Source of the DNA: Pseudomonadota bacterium
Lineage (GTDB): Bacteria > Pseudomonadota > Gammaproteobacteria > Pseudomonadales > UBA5862
NCBI GenBank assembly: GCA_034189125.1
Contig: JAXHVB010000018.1
Span: forward strand, 775-64,774
Length of the DNA stretch: 64,000 bases
Direction: 5' to 3'
The translations under genes and the position numbers were made by a program. Below, one piece after another: positions 31,116 to 40,000 of the stretch; the first letter of the stretch is position 1; every line of letters begins with the position of its first letter. Below the pieces are notes generated by a model, which was not told the DNA's origin, did no database searches, and worked only from the letters and a program-made list of their open reading frames with translations.

Positions 31116-32071
31116 GTGCCCCGGCGCCGAAGTTTTCCATTGTGATCCCGGTCTACAACGGCGCCGAAACCTTGGCGCGGGCAGTCGATTCGGTTCTGGC
31201 GCAGACCCATCCAGCCCACGAAATCCTGATTGTGGACGACGGCTCCACCGACAGCACGGCACAGATTGCCGGCCGGTATGACGCGCCGGTGCGCTATGTT
31301 CACCAGCCGAACCAAGGGGTCTCCGCGGCGCGCAACCTGGGCGCACGCGAGGCCGTTGGGGATTGGCTGGCCTTTCTGGACGCGGACGACCACTACTACC
31401 CGAATCGGCTGCAGGTGCACGCCCAGATGCTCGCCGAGGTGCCCGACCTTGACCTGATGACGGCAGATTTCGACTACCTGGACCTGCAAGGCCAGGTTCT
31501 CGGACGTTCGCTGACGGCGAACCCACTGGGTCGGTCCCTGTTGGCGCGAGCCACTGGGTCTTCACTGGTGGTGGACGCGCCCACTGAGCTGGCGCAGTTC
31601 GTGGCCCAGCACTTTGGGGACACCCACACGCTGAGTGTGCGCCGCGCGCGTTTTCTGGAGGCCGGCGGCTATCCGCTTGGGTTCCCGGTGTGCGAAGACG
31701 TACACCTTCTGGTGCGTTTGACCGTGGCAGCGTCCCGCATCGGCGTGTGGCTCGAGCCTGTGGCTGCGTATGTGGTCCATGCAGGCAGCGCCACCCGCAA
31801 AGACCCGGTCCGGGCGCAGCGTGAAACGGTCCGCGCGCTCAGTGATCTGCGGATCCGGATCGCGGCTCCGTCTTGGGCCCGGCGCGGGGTGGCCGAGGGC
31901 CTGCGCCAGGCCCGCTTCGACTGGGCCGTGGCGTTGCTGCGCACTGGGAGGCGCGGCGAGGCGGTGGCGGCGATGGCACCGGCCGTCTGGGGATGTCCAG
32001 GCTGGACCAGCTGGCGCAATCTCGCAGCCGTGGTGCGCACTGCGCTCACCCCGAATGGCCAGCCGACATGA
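31112..32071 (+). CDS. Glycosyltransferase family 2 protein
   Basis: FSIVIPVYNGAETLARAVDSVLAQTHPAHEILIVDDGSTDST; WLAFLDADDHYYP. Confidence 0.93.
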   Translation: MSAPAPKFSIVIPVYNGAETLARAVDSVLAQTHPAHEILIVDDGSTDSTAQIAGRYDAPVRYVHQPNQGVSAARNLGAREAVGDWLAFLDADDHYYPNRLQVHAQMLAEVPDLDLMTADFDYLDLQGQVLGRSLTANPLGRSLLARATGSSLVVDAPTELAQFVAQHFGDTHTLSVRRARFLEAGGYPLGFPVCEDVHLLVRLTVAASRIGVWLEPVAAYVVHAGSATRKDPVRAQRETVRALSDLRIRIAAPSWARRGVAEGLRQARFDWAVALLRTGRRGEAVAAMAPAVWGCPGWTSWRNLAAVVRTALTPNGQPT

Positions 32072-33288
32072 GTGGCTCACCGAAGCGATCGGAGGCCACG
32101 GGGCCTGTGGTGCCCATGTTGATGTTGACTGAACTGTTCTTGCCCACCAAGGGTGGCACTGCGGTTTGGTTCGACGAGGTCTGCCGTCGACTCGGAGACA
32201 AAGAGGTGCAGGTGGTCACGGCGCAAGTCCCCGGCGCAACCGGCCATGACCGCAACCACCCCAACCGAATTCGGCGAGTGCAGCTCGGCCGTCACCCCTG
32301 GCTTCGTCCTGAAAGTCTGCAGATGTACTGGCGCTTGTTCGCCGAAGGGTGGAAGGCGAGCGCCCGGGGGCAGGTGCGGGTGGTGCACGCGGGGCGAGGC
32401 TTGCCCGAGGGGCTCGTCGGCCTGGTGATCGCCCGGGCACGGCGGGTGCCCTTGATTGTGTACGCCCACGGCGAAGAGATCACCACCTGGACCCAGCCCC
32501 TGAAGGCCCGTTTCTTGCGCGAGGTCTACCGTCGGGCACAGGCCGTGGTCGCGAACAGCCGCTTCACCTTGGGCGCGCTTGAGGGGCTTGGTGTCGATCC
32601 CGAACGGATTCATCTTGTGTTTCCCGGGGTGGATCTTGCGCGCTTTCATCCCGGGCTTGCGGCGAGCGACTTGCGTGCCCAGGTGGACTGCGCTGGCGGC
32701 CGCAAGCTGGTGCTTTCGGTTGGCCGTCTGAGCCGGCGCAAAGGCTTTGATCGCGTGATTGAAGCCCTGCCGGGCCTTCAGCGCGCTGGGATCGATGTCG
32801 CCCATGCGATCATCGGCATTGGCGAGGAGGAGCCCCACCTGCGTGCGCTGGCGAACCGGCTCGGGGTTGCGGACCGGGTGTTCTTTCTGGGACAGGTCGC
32901 GGCCGATGACCTGCCCCGTTGGTACAATGCGGCGGATGTGTTCGCCATGCCGAACCGGGACGTGGATGGAGACACCGAGGGGTTTGGAATGGTCTACATT
33001 GAGGCCGCTGCCTGTGGGCGGACGAGTCTGGCAGGTTTGGCTGGTGGAACCGGTGACGCGGTCTTGGATGGGGAGACCGGCCTGCGGGTTGAGGGTGCCT
33101 CCAGCGACGCAGTCGAGGCGGCGCTCCGGCGTTTGCTGGCCGATGACTCCCTGAGAGACCGGTTGGCGACCCGGGCGCTGGCGCGCGCCCGCCAAGAGAT
33201 GGGTTGGGATCGGGTCACTGCCCAAACACGGGCGCTGCATGGCAAACTCGGCCTGGATGCCCAAGGAGCGACAGGAGAATGTGTATGA
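32068..33288 (+). CDS. Glycosyltransferase family 4 protein
   Basis: MLTELFLPTKGGTAVWFDEVCRRL; LVLSVGRLSRRKGFDRVIEALP; EGFGMVYIEAAACG; ATGA overlap with previous gene. Confidence 0.93.
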   Translation: MSGSPKRSEATGPVVPMLMLTELFLPTKGGTAVWFDEVCRRLGDKEVQVVTAQVPGATGHDRNHPNRIRRVQLGRHPWLRPESLQMYWRLFAEGWKASARGQVRVVHAGRGLPEGLVGLVIARARRVPLIVYAHGEEITTWTQPLKARFLREVYRRAQAVVANSRFTLGALEGLGVDPERIHLVFPGVDLARFHPGLAASDLRAQVDCAGGRKLVLSVGRLSRRKGFDRVIEALPGLQRAGIDVAHAIIGIGEEEPHLRALANRLGVADRVFFLGQVAADDLPRWYNAADVFAMPNRDVDGDTEGFGMVYIEAAACGRTSLAGLAGGTGDAVLDGETGLRVEGASSDAVEAALRRLLADDSLRDRLATRALARARQEMGWDRVTAQTRALHGKLGLDAQGATGECV

Positions 33289-33896
33289 TCGATCGGGTGG
33301 ACGCAGTGGCCAGGGCCCAGAGGGCGTGGCAGAAGGTGACACGCGGGCTCTGTGTGTTGCTGGCGATGGGTGCTTCGGGTGGGGCGCTGGGGGCCGAAGG
33401 CTTTGCCAAAACACCGCAGGAGGAAGCCATGTGCAACGCGGCGATTTATCGCGGGCGGGACACCAGCGACCGCAACAACTGGCAGCACATGCACCACTAC
33501 TGCGATTGTCTGCGCTTTGCCCGCCGCGCCATGACCCAACCCGCCGCCTCCTCGGCACGCAGCCACAACATCAGCCGTGCCCTGGATGGCTGCGACTATG
33601 TGCTGGACCACACCAGTTCAGGCTTCTACATGCAGCCGGCCGTACGGGCTTCACGGGCCTACGTGTTGATGCTGGACAAGCGCTACCGCGACGCGGTGGC
33701 GGAGTACGAGCGGGCACTGCGGCAGGATCCGAATTACCTCAAGGCCTACATGGGGTTGTTCGACGCCTGGTCTGCAGCCGGTGACCTGCAGTCGGCCCGC
33801 AAGGCCGCCGAGCGGGGGCTTGCCATTTCCCCCAACTCCAAGGCACTGCAGCGGCGTCTGCGCAAGGTCACCCAAGAAGGTGAGGCGGACGGCTAG
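33285..33896 (+). CDS. Secreted TPR-repeat protein
   Basis: Signal-like N-terminus GLCVLLAMGASGGALGAEG; TPR-like RYRDAVAEYERALRQDPNYLKAYMGLFDAWSAAGDLQSARKAAERGLAISPNSKAL. Confidence 0.75.
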   Translation: MIDRVDAVARAQRAWQKVTRGLCVLLAMGASGGALGAEGFAKTPQEEAMCNAAIYRGRDTSDRNNWQHMHHYCDCLRFARRAMTQPAASSARSHNISRALDGCDYVLDHTSSGFYMQPAVRASRAYVLMLDKRYRDAVAEYERALRQDPNYLKAYMGLFDAWSAAGDLQSARKAAERGLAISPNSKALQRRLRKVTQEGEADG

Positions 33897-36800
33897 CGCG
33901 CCTTGGACGCTGCAGTCCGCTGGGATGCCTTGGCAGCGTCGCTGACTGCGGGGGTCATCACTGGGTCCTGCGCGAGCCACTGTTCCAGTTCGGCAATCAG
34001 GCCTGCGCCCACCTTGGGGTGTTGGTCGAGCACATCGAACTTGCAGCCGGGGTCGGTGCGCAGATCAAATAGCAGGTACATTGGGCCGGCCTCAAGCGGC
34101 TGGTAGACCAGTTTCCATCCGTCCCGACACAGCATCCGGTCCTTGGCCCGCACGATGTCGGCTTGGTGTTCGGCCTTGATGCTGAGGGTTCCGGTTTCCT
34201 TGTCAGACACCTCCAGCAGATCGAGCAACTGTGGGTAGCGCAGGTGTCCCGGCGGAGTGCCCGGGAGGTCGGTCAGCCAGATGCCGGTCTCATTGATCGC
34301 CGGGCGAACCTCCGTGAAGCTGTGGCTGTTCCACCACGGCAGGACCGATGCGCCATCCACCGACTGCGGCACCGGCAGTTCGAGCAGTTCCAGCAAGGTG
34401 GGCATCAAGTCGATGCTCCGCACCAGATCGGTGACTCGCCCCCGGCCGGCGCGGCGCGGATCGGCAATCACCAGGGGCACCCGCGGACTGGCATCGCCCC
34501 TGGCTGAATTCCCCTGTCCCCAGGTGTCGTGTTCAAAGAACTCCATGCCGTGGTCGCTGTAGATGACCACAATGGTGTTGTCGGCCATGCCGCGGGCCGA
34601 GAGGTCGTCCAGTACCTTGCCCACTTCGTCGTCGAATTCCGCGACGCAGCTGTCGTACAGGTTCAGTACTTGGTCCAGATCAAACTCCTCGCGGGCCTCT
34701 CCCTGGCGCTCGATGATGTCAAATGGGTCGGTGAGCCGTGCCATGGCGAAGCGCGATTCACCTGCATAGTCGGGGGAGGTAAACCGTGTGTAGTAGGGGT
34801 GGCGGGCGCCGAACGGCGGATGGGTGGTGGAGAAAAACGTGTTGAGGAAAAACGGTTTGTTGGACTTTCCCAGCGCGTTCAGCGCCGCCCGAGTCCGCTG
34901 ACCAAGCAGGTCCGTGGTGGGGATGCCGCCCAGAAAGTGCAGCTCGGGTAGCAGCTGGCGGCCCGCGCAACCCTGGGAAAACAGCGAGAGAAACAGCCGC
35001 AGGTCCCGAGGTCCCTGGCGAATGAGGTACTTTAGGTTCCACTGGTCATCCGGCAAATCCAGCTGCTCGAAACCAAAGCTGAACTTGCCGAAATCGGCCC
35101 CGCACCAGTCGGAGACGACCGCAGTCTGGTAGCCTGCGTCCCTCAGAATCGTGGCCAAATCGGCGGACTTGATTTGCACCTCGGCGTCCGAGACAAAGTT
35201 GTCGCGCACACCGTGGTGGTGCGGCCAGGTGCCGGTAAAGAGTGACAGCAGACTCGGCGCTGTGCGGGCACAGGGCACGTAGCAGTTGGTGAAGCCGATC
35301 CCGCCGGCGATCAACGCATCGATTCTTGGGGTGAGCGAGGCGCCATTGCGCTGGGCACCGATGCGGTCGGCGCGCAGCGTGTCGGATCCCAGCATCAGGA
35401 GGTTTGGAGGTGACTTGTGCGCACGGCCTCTGCGGGGTCCTAGCCGGGGTCCGCGGGTGTCAGGCAACAGCCAATCCAGGCCACCGGCAAGCACCAGCAT
35501 CGCGCCTGCTAGCGTTGCCATGGCCGGCCAGTTGCCAGCGGCGGCGGCGTCAGCGAGCGCGAGCACCATGGGCGCACAGGCGCCGGCCACAAGGGCGCTG
35601 CCGAACACAGACAGCCGCCCCGGCGTCAGTTGCTTCCACAGGGGGTAGAGCCGACTCCAGCGGTAGCTGATTGAAGCCACCAGGGCCGCCGGCTGGTGCA
35701 GCAACATCGAACAGAACCGCCAGGAACAGGTGCCTGCGATGGCCGCAAGCGGAGCGAGCCAGGGGCCCCAAGCCAAGGATTCTGCGGTGGGAAACACCTG
35801 GACGAGCGCCCACCAGGAGACGGCGCCGATGCTGGCAAGGAACGCGATCAGCAGCCAACTCCAGGCTGCCAGGCGCGCCACGGCAAAGACCGTGTAGCGG
35901 CGATAGTGATTGAGGATTTCCTCGCGAATTTGGGGGCCCGTCTGGCTGAAGTGCAGGACCGACTTCACTGTCAGGGCCGCGGTGAACAAGGTTGCAAGCC
36001 CTGCGGCTGGACCAAGCGTTGGGGCCAGGGTGTTCGCATCCTGGTTGGTGAACCAACCGATGGCATACAGGAGGGCACCCGACGCGGCGAGCCCAGCAGG
36101 GCGCCGTGGCCGTGGCCAAAACTGCCTGCGGCGGTGGCTGCGGTTGTGGTCCTGCCGGGCAGCGACCACGCCTGCACACTCCCCCAGCGTGGCCGCCAAC
36201 CGCATCGCATAGAAGTGGCGCTTGTGTGGATTGAAAGTGAACAGCGCGCGCGCCAAGTGGGCGATGAGCAGGCGCCAGACGTACAGCGGAATTTTTCGCC
36301 GCTGGGTGTGAATGCGCATGCTCGCTTTCGAGCGGTGGTAGCTTTTTTTCAGTAGGTAGCTGCGCTTGAGCCGGTCGTGTTCGACGTGGTGACGCTGGCG
36401 CATGCCGGCCAGGTAGTACAGCCGTTCGCCGTGGTGCAGCGCCCGCGCTAGGAATTCGCTGTCTTCCCCGCCTCCGAGGTCGTGACCTCGGGGTCCAAGC
36501 TCCAGGGAATAGCCGCCGATCTCTGCAAAGATGCGGGTCTGGAGCACGAGGTTACCGCCACTCGGACGCGCGTCGCCTTCGCGCAGCCGGTGGTCCTGGT
36601 CTCCGAGATCAAACTGTGGCACCGGCAGTGGATAGATGCGGTACTTGCCTTGCTCGTGCACCCAATCGGGCTCGGTGCCATCCCAGTCAGGCAGCAGGCG
36701 GCCACAGAACATGCTCGCCGTCGGGTGTTGGTCGATGCCGGTGGCGATGGCTGTGAAAAAATTTGGGTCGACGCGCTGGTCATCGTCCACGATGGTGGCC

Positions 36801-37069
36801 CAGCGGGTTTGCAGCGCACCAATGGCGCGGTTGAGTGCCGCCGACTTTCCGGGCGTGGGTTCGGCGATCCACTCCAGCGGGACGTGTTCTTGCGATGGGT
36901 CGTGTTTGAAGCCATCGAGCAGAGCGTGGGTGTCATCCGTGCAGGCGTTGGCGATGACGAGAAGCCGGACCCCAGGCACCTGTTTGGCCTGGTTGAGTGC
37001 CCCGAGGGCGCGCCGCAGCAGGGCGGAGCGATTGTGGGTACAGATGACAACGGTCAGTGGCAACTCCAT
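33893..37069 (-). CDS. Glycosyltransferase 2 - transmembrane - sulfatase-like (alkaline phosphatase superfamily) fusion
   Basis: 1058 aa single ORF: GT2 domain VVICTHNRSALLRRALGAL...ATIVDDDQRVDPNFF, central TM region, C-terminal sulfatase-like NLLMLGSDTLRADRIG...RTAPSLLSLFTGTWPHHHG...VIYSDHGMEFFEH (from about 35413 down to 33893). Confidence 0.88.
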   Translation of the reverse strand: MELPLTVVICTHNRSALLRRALGALNQAKQVPGVRLLVIANACTDDTHALLDGFKHDPSQEHVPLEWIAEPTPGKSAALNRAIGALQTRWATIVDDDQRVDPNFFTAIATGIDQHPTASMFCGRLLPDWDGTEPDWVHEQGKYRIYPLPVPQFDLGDQDHRLREGDARPSGGNLVLQTRIFAEIGGYSLELGPRGHDLGGGEDSEFLARALHHGERLYYLAGMRQRHHVEHDRLKRSYLLKKSYHRSKASMRIHTQRRKIPLYVWRLLIAHLARALFTFNPHKRHFYAMRLAATLGECAGVVAARQDHNRSHRRRQFWPRPRRPAGLAASGALLYAIGWFTNQDANTLAPTLGPAAGLATLFTAALTVKSVLHFSQTGPQIREEILNHYRRYTVFAVARLAAWSWLLIAFLASIGAVSWWALVQVFPTAESLAWGPWLAPLAAIAGTCSWRFCSMLLHQPAALVASISYRWSRLYPLWKQLTPGRLSVFGSALVAGACAPMVLALADAAAAGNWPAMATLAGAMLVLAGGLDWLLPDTRGPRLGPRRGRAHKSPPNLLMLGSDTLRADRIGAQRNGASLTPRIDALIAGGIGFTNCYVPCARTAPSLLSLFTGTWPHHHGVRDNFVSDAEVQIKSADLATILRDAGYQTAVVSDWCGADFGKFSFGFEQLDLPDDQWNLKYLIRQGPRDLRLFLSLFSQGCAGRQLLPELHFLGGIPTTDLLGQRTRAALNALGKSNKPFFLNTFFSTTHPPFGARHPYYTRFTSPDYAGESRFAMARLTDPFDIIERQGEAREEFDLDQVLNLYDSCVAEFDDEVGKVLDDLSARGMADNTIVVIYSDHGMEFFEHDTWGQGNSARGDASPRVPLVIADPRRAGRGRVTDLVRSIDLMPTLLELLELPVPQSVDGASVLPWWNSHSFTEVRPAINETGIWLTDLPGTPPGHLRYPQLLDLLEVSDKETGTLSIKAEHQADIVRAKDRMLCRDGWKLVYQPLEAGPMYLLFDLRTDPGCKFDVLDQHPKVGAGLIAELEQWLAQDPVMTPAVSDAAKASQRTAASKAR

Positions 37070-37076
37070 GGCCGGC

Positions 37077-38000
37077 CTACTGAGTCGGGGGAAGCGTCAG
37101 ACCGTGGCGCCGAATGGCGCCCAGCCATTCTTCCACCAGGCCGTCCTCAGTCCGCATGTCCCAAGGGTAGCCCGTGCGTTTGAACGGGTAGACGCCCGCC
37201 TCGACCGCACGGATCAACAGCGGCAGGTGCTCGACATAGGCTGCGTCGTGCTTCCAGGGGTGGATGGACCAGCTGTCGGTGCCAGTGGAGGTCCAGCGTC
37301 CCAAACCGCGCTCGCCCAAAGTGTGACTGATGCTGTCCTCAAGGGGCTCGCCGGGTTTGTGTTGCACCAGCGGCAGCAGCCGGTCTCGCCAACGGGCCTT
37401 GTGCAGGAGGAAGTAGCGGGTGCTCATGGTGGTGCAACGTTTCCATCCTTGGGGGCTTGTCTTGAGCGGGCGGTCAAGCAGGCGTTCCAGCCAGTTCCCG
37501 GCAATGGGTGGTCCGCCGCGCACAGTGACCATGGCGGCATCCGGGGTGCGTTCCATGAACTCGATGCCCGCCTCGATCCAGCACCAGTCGCTGCCACGGT
37601 GAAACAACATGTCGGAGTCGATGTGCAGGATGTAATCGCCCTGGCAACGGTCCAGGGCGTACAGGTACTGGTAGATCGGTGCACCGGAAAAATCGCGCAG
37701 GTCCATGTCGGCGGTCGCGAAATGCGTGGTCAGGATGCGGTGCTGTTCAGCCTCGCCCCAGGGGATCTCGTCGCAGCGATCAATCCAGCCTTCGGACTGC
37801 AACGCGCTCAGCAGGGTCTGCATGCCTTCGAGGTTGCCGCGGTTGCGCTCCAGGTACTTGCCGTCTGGCCGGCCGGGATCGAAGGCGACCAGCCGTTCCA
37901 CGAACGGGTAGTCGAAGGTGCGCAACACATGGCGCAAGGTGGGCCCGAAGAAATCCTGGTCGGTGACACAGGCGTTGACGGTGAAGCTGACCGTTGCCAT
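37077..38000 (-). CDS. Glycosyltransferase-like protein (GT-A-like, DxD)
   Basis: CQGDYILHIDSDMLFH DxD-like motif; N-terminal TVNACVTDQDFFGPTLRHVLRTF. Confidence 0.6.
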   Translation of the reverse strand: MATVSFTVNACVTDQDFFGPTLRHVLRTFDYPFVERLVAFDPGRPDGKYLERNRGNLEGMQTLLSALQSEGWIDRCDEIPWGEAEQHRILTTHFATADMDLRDFSGAPIYQYLYALDRCQGDYILHIDSDMLFHRGSDWCWIEAGIEFMERTPDAAMVTVRGGPPIAGNWLERLLDRPLKTSPQGWKRCTTMSTRYFLLHKARWRDRLLPLVQHKPGEPLEDSISHTLGERGLGRWTSTGTDSWSIHPWKHDAAYVEHLPLLIRAVEAGVYPFKRTGYPWDMRTEDGLVEEWLGAIRRHGLTLPPTQ

Positions 38001-38013
38001 TGGGTATCAATCC

Positions 38014-39009
38014 TCAGCCGGTGCTCCAGCGCTGCAGGTGCACGCATGCGTGGTTGTGCAGGCGGTAGTAGGCCCGCTTCAGTGGGGGCAGGCGGACCGT
38101 CGAGGTAACGATCGGGTAACCGAATTGCTTCAGGGTCTTCCCGACCGAACCTTCCAGGGTGCGCAGCTGCGATGGGGTCCATTGTTGGCGCCACTTTTCG
38201 GTGTTGCTGGCCTGCACGGGCTGCTGGAGCAGCGGTGTTTTGCCTGCCTCGCCGGACTTTTCAAAATGGATGACGCGGGGGTCGTACTCCATCTGCAGGT
38301 AACCACAGACCTGGCGAACCGTACCTTCAGGGTCGGTCAGGAGGTCTTCGTAGCGGATCTCCAGGTACTGGTTGCCGGCCATGTTTTGGCCCAACTCGTT
38401 GCCGATTTCGACGTACTGTTCCCATACTTTGGCGGCAAAATAGGGGTTGTACACGCCAAAATCGGTACCGCGCGCGAGCATGGAAGCGGCCACGTCGCGC
38501 CCGTCACGCACCAGGTGGATGAACTGGGCTTTGGGAAACCAGTCGAGGAGTTTCGGCATGTGCAGCACGTAGTATGGGGTCTTGTCTCCCCAGCGGTGTT
38601 TGCCCTCTCCGGCGGCATTCTTCTCGAACAGACCGGCAATCAGGTCACGCACAGTCCTCCGGCCTTCCGCCCAAAGTTCAGGGGCCAGGCGGTCAATGTC
38701 GAACTCGATGCCATGCAGGTCCGTGTCCAAGAATTGCGGGTTTCGTCTGTGCAGGTCTTGCAGAAAGGCCCGGATGCCGGTCTCGGTTTCGAGTGCTTTG
38801 AAACGGGTCTGGTCACGGTACAGTGGAACCAGGAAGTGGGACTCGCCGGTTGGCAGCGACAACTCCGGATGGGACCGCAGCATGTATTGCAGCAGGGTGG
38901 TTCCTGACCGGGGCGCCCCCACGATGAAAACCGGGGTCTCGCTTGACCTGGCCTGGGGATGGCCACCCACGGACTGGGCTCGGCTTGTCACCTGGGCGTC
39001 AGTGTGCAT
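38014..39009 (-). CDS. Sulfotransferase family protein
   Basis: TPVFIVGAPRSGTTLLQYMLRSHPEL PAPS-binding loop; KAQFIHLVRDGRDVAASM 3'-phosphate-binding region. Confidence 0.92.
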   Translation of the reverse strand: MHTDAQVTSRAQSVGGHPQARSSETPVFIVGAPRSGTTLLQYMLRSHPELSLPTGESHFLVPLYRDQTRFKALETETGIRAFLQDLHRRNPQFLDTDLHGIEFDIDRLAPELWAEGRRTVRDLIAGLFEKNAAGEGKHRWGDKTPYYVLHMPKLLDWFPKAQFIHLVRDGRDVAASMLARGTDFGVYNPYFAAKVWEQYVEIGNELGQNMAGNQYLEIRYEDLLTDPEGTVRQVCGYLQMEYDPRVIHFEKSGEAGKTPLLQQPVQASNTEKWRQQWTPSQLRTLEGSVGKTLKQFGYPIVTSTVRLPPLKRAYYRLHNHACVHLQRWSTG

Positions 39010-40000
39010 GGGGGTCGGCCGGACCCGTGCTGACCGCCTGGACGGTGCCCACCGGCGGCTCAATGGGCTGGTGCCGGTCTTGCCAGAGGCCGTGCAAGGT
39101 CCCGAAAAAGTGCCACAGGATCATCTCCTGGGCAAATGCTTCCGGCGCCGGCTTGGTGAATCGCGCGGTCAGCGCACGCGCGCCGGCACGCAGGGTCTGT
39201 ACAACCAAGTAGGGAGGGATACCGCCGATCCGGCGTCTTGCCGGAACTCCGAGGGTGCGCGCCAGGTTGTGACTGGTTTGTCGCCGCCAGCGTCGGAAAT
39301 AGGACTTGCGGGTCCTGAAGGCTTCGATGCGGTGGTGCACGCGGGATTCCGGAACGTACACGAGCTTGGCGCCCGCAGCCAAGAATCGGGTGAACAGCTC
39401 GCTGTCTTCGCCGCTGGCCAGCTGATTTCCCCTGCGACCGCGGTGCACATCGAAGTCTCCGTGCTGGTCGATCAAGCGCCGTCGAATCGCCATGTTGGCA
39501 CCGAACGGCAGTTGCCCTGGGTGTTCGATCAGGTAGGGACGGGTGTCGACCTTGACCGCGAGAAAGCCGAAAAACCGTTCGGTGAGCCAAGCAGGGGGCG
39601 GGGTTTCCCAGTCAGGTGCAATGTACCCACCGCAGCCGTCGGCTTGCTCTCGCTCCAGGGCTGTCACTGTGGTTTGAATCCAGTTCGGCTCCGGACGCAC
39701 GTCGTCGTCGGTGAACAGCAACAGCTTGCCAGCGGCGGCGCGAATCCCGGCGTTGCGTGCGTGCGACAGACCCTGCTGAGGCTCGAAGACGTACCTGAGC
39801 TGTGGGACATTTTGCCCGCCGCGCTCGACCACGGTGCGGGTGTGGTCGGTGGAGTTGTTGTCCACCACCACCAACTCCCAGGGCCAGTCGGGTGGAACCA
39901 CTTGTGCGCCGAGCGCAGTCAAGGTGTGGCGCAACGAATCTGCACGGTTGTAGGTGCAGACGATGACGGATACCGCCGGGCGTTCGCCAGGGCCGGTCAT
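38999..40000 (-). CDS. Glycosyltransferase family 2 protein
   Basis: VSVIVCTYNRADSLRHTLTALGAQ...WELVVVDNNSTDHTR; LLLFTDDDVRPEPNWIQ. Confidence 0.92.
   Translation of the reverse strand: MTGPGERPAVSVIVCTYNRADSLRHTLTALGAQVVPPDWPWELVVVDNNSTDHTRTVVERGGQNVPQLRYVFEPQQGLSHARNAGIRAAAGKLLLFTDDDVRPEPNWIQTTVTALEREQADGCGGYIAPDWETPPPAWLTERFFGFLAVKVDTRPYLIEHPGQLPFGANMAIRRRLIDQHGDFDVHRGRRGNQLASGEDSELFTRFLAAGAKLVYVPESRVHHRIEAFRTRKSYFRRWRRQTSHNLARTLGVPARRRIGGIPPYLVVQTLRAGARALTARFTKPAPEAFAQEMILWHFFGTLHGLWQDRHQPIEPPVGTVQAVSTGPADPHAH

Noticed and set aside
32077-33558. 493-aa - strand ORF
   Set aside because: Antisense to the GT4 gene with intact motifs; high-GC shadow.
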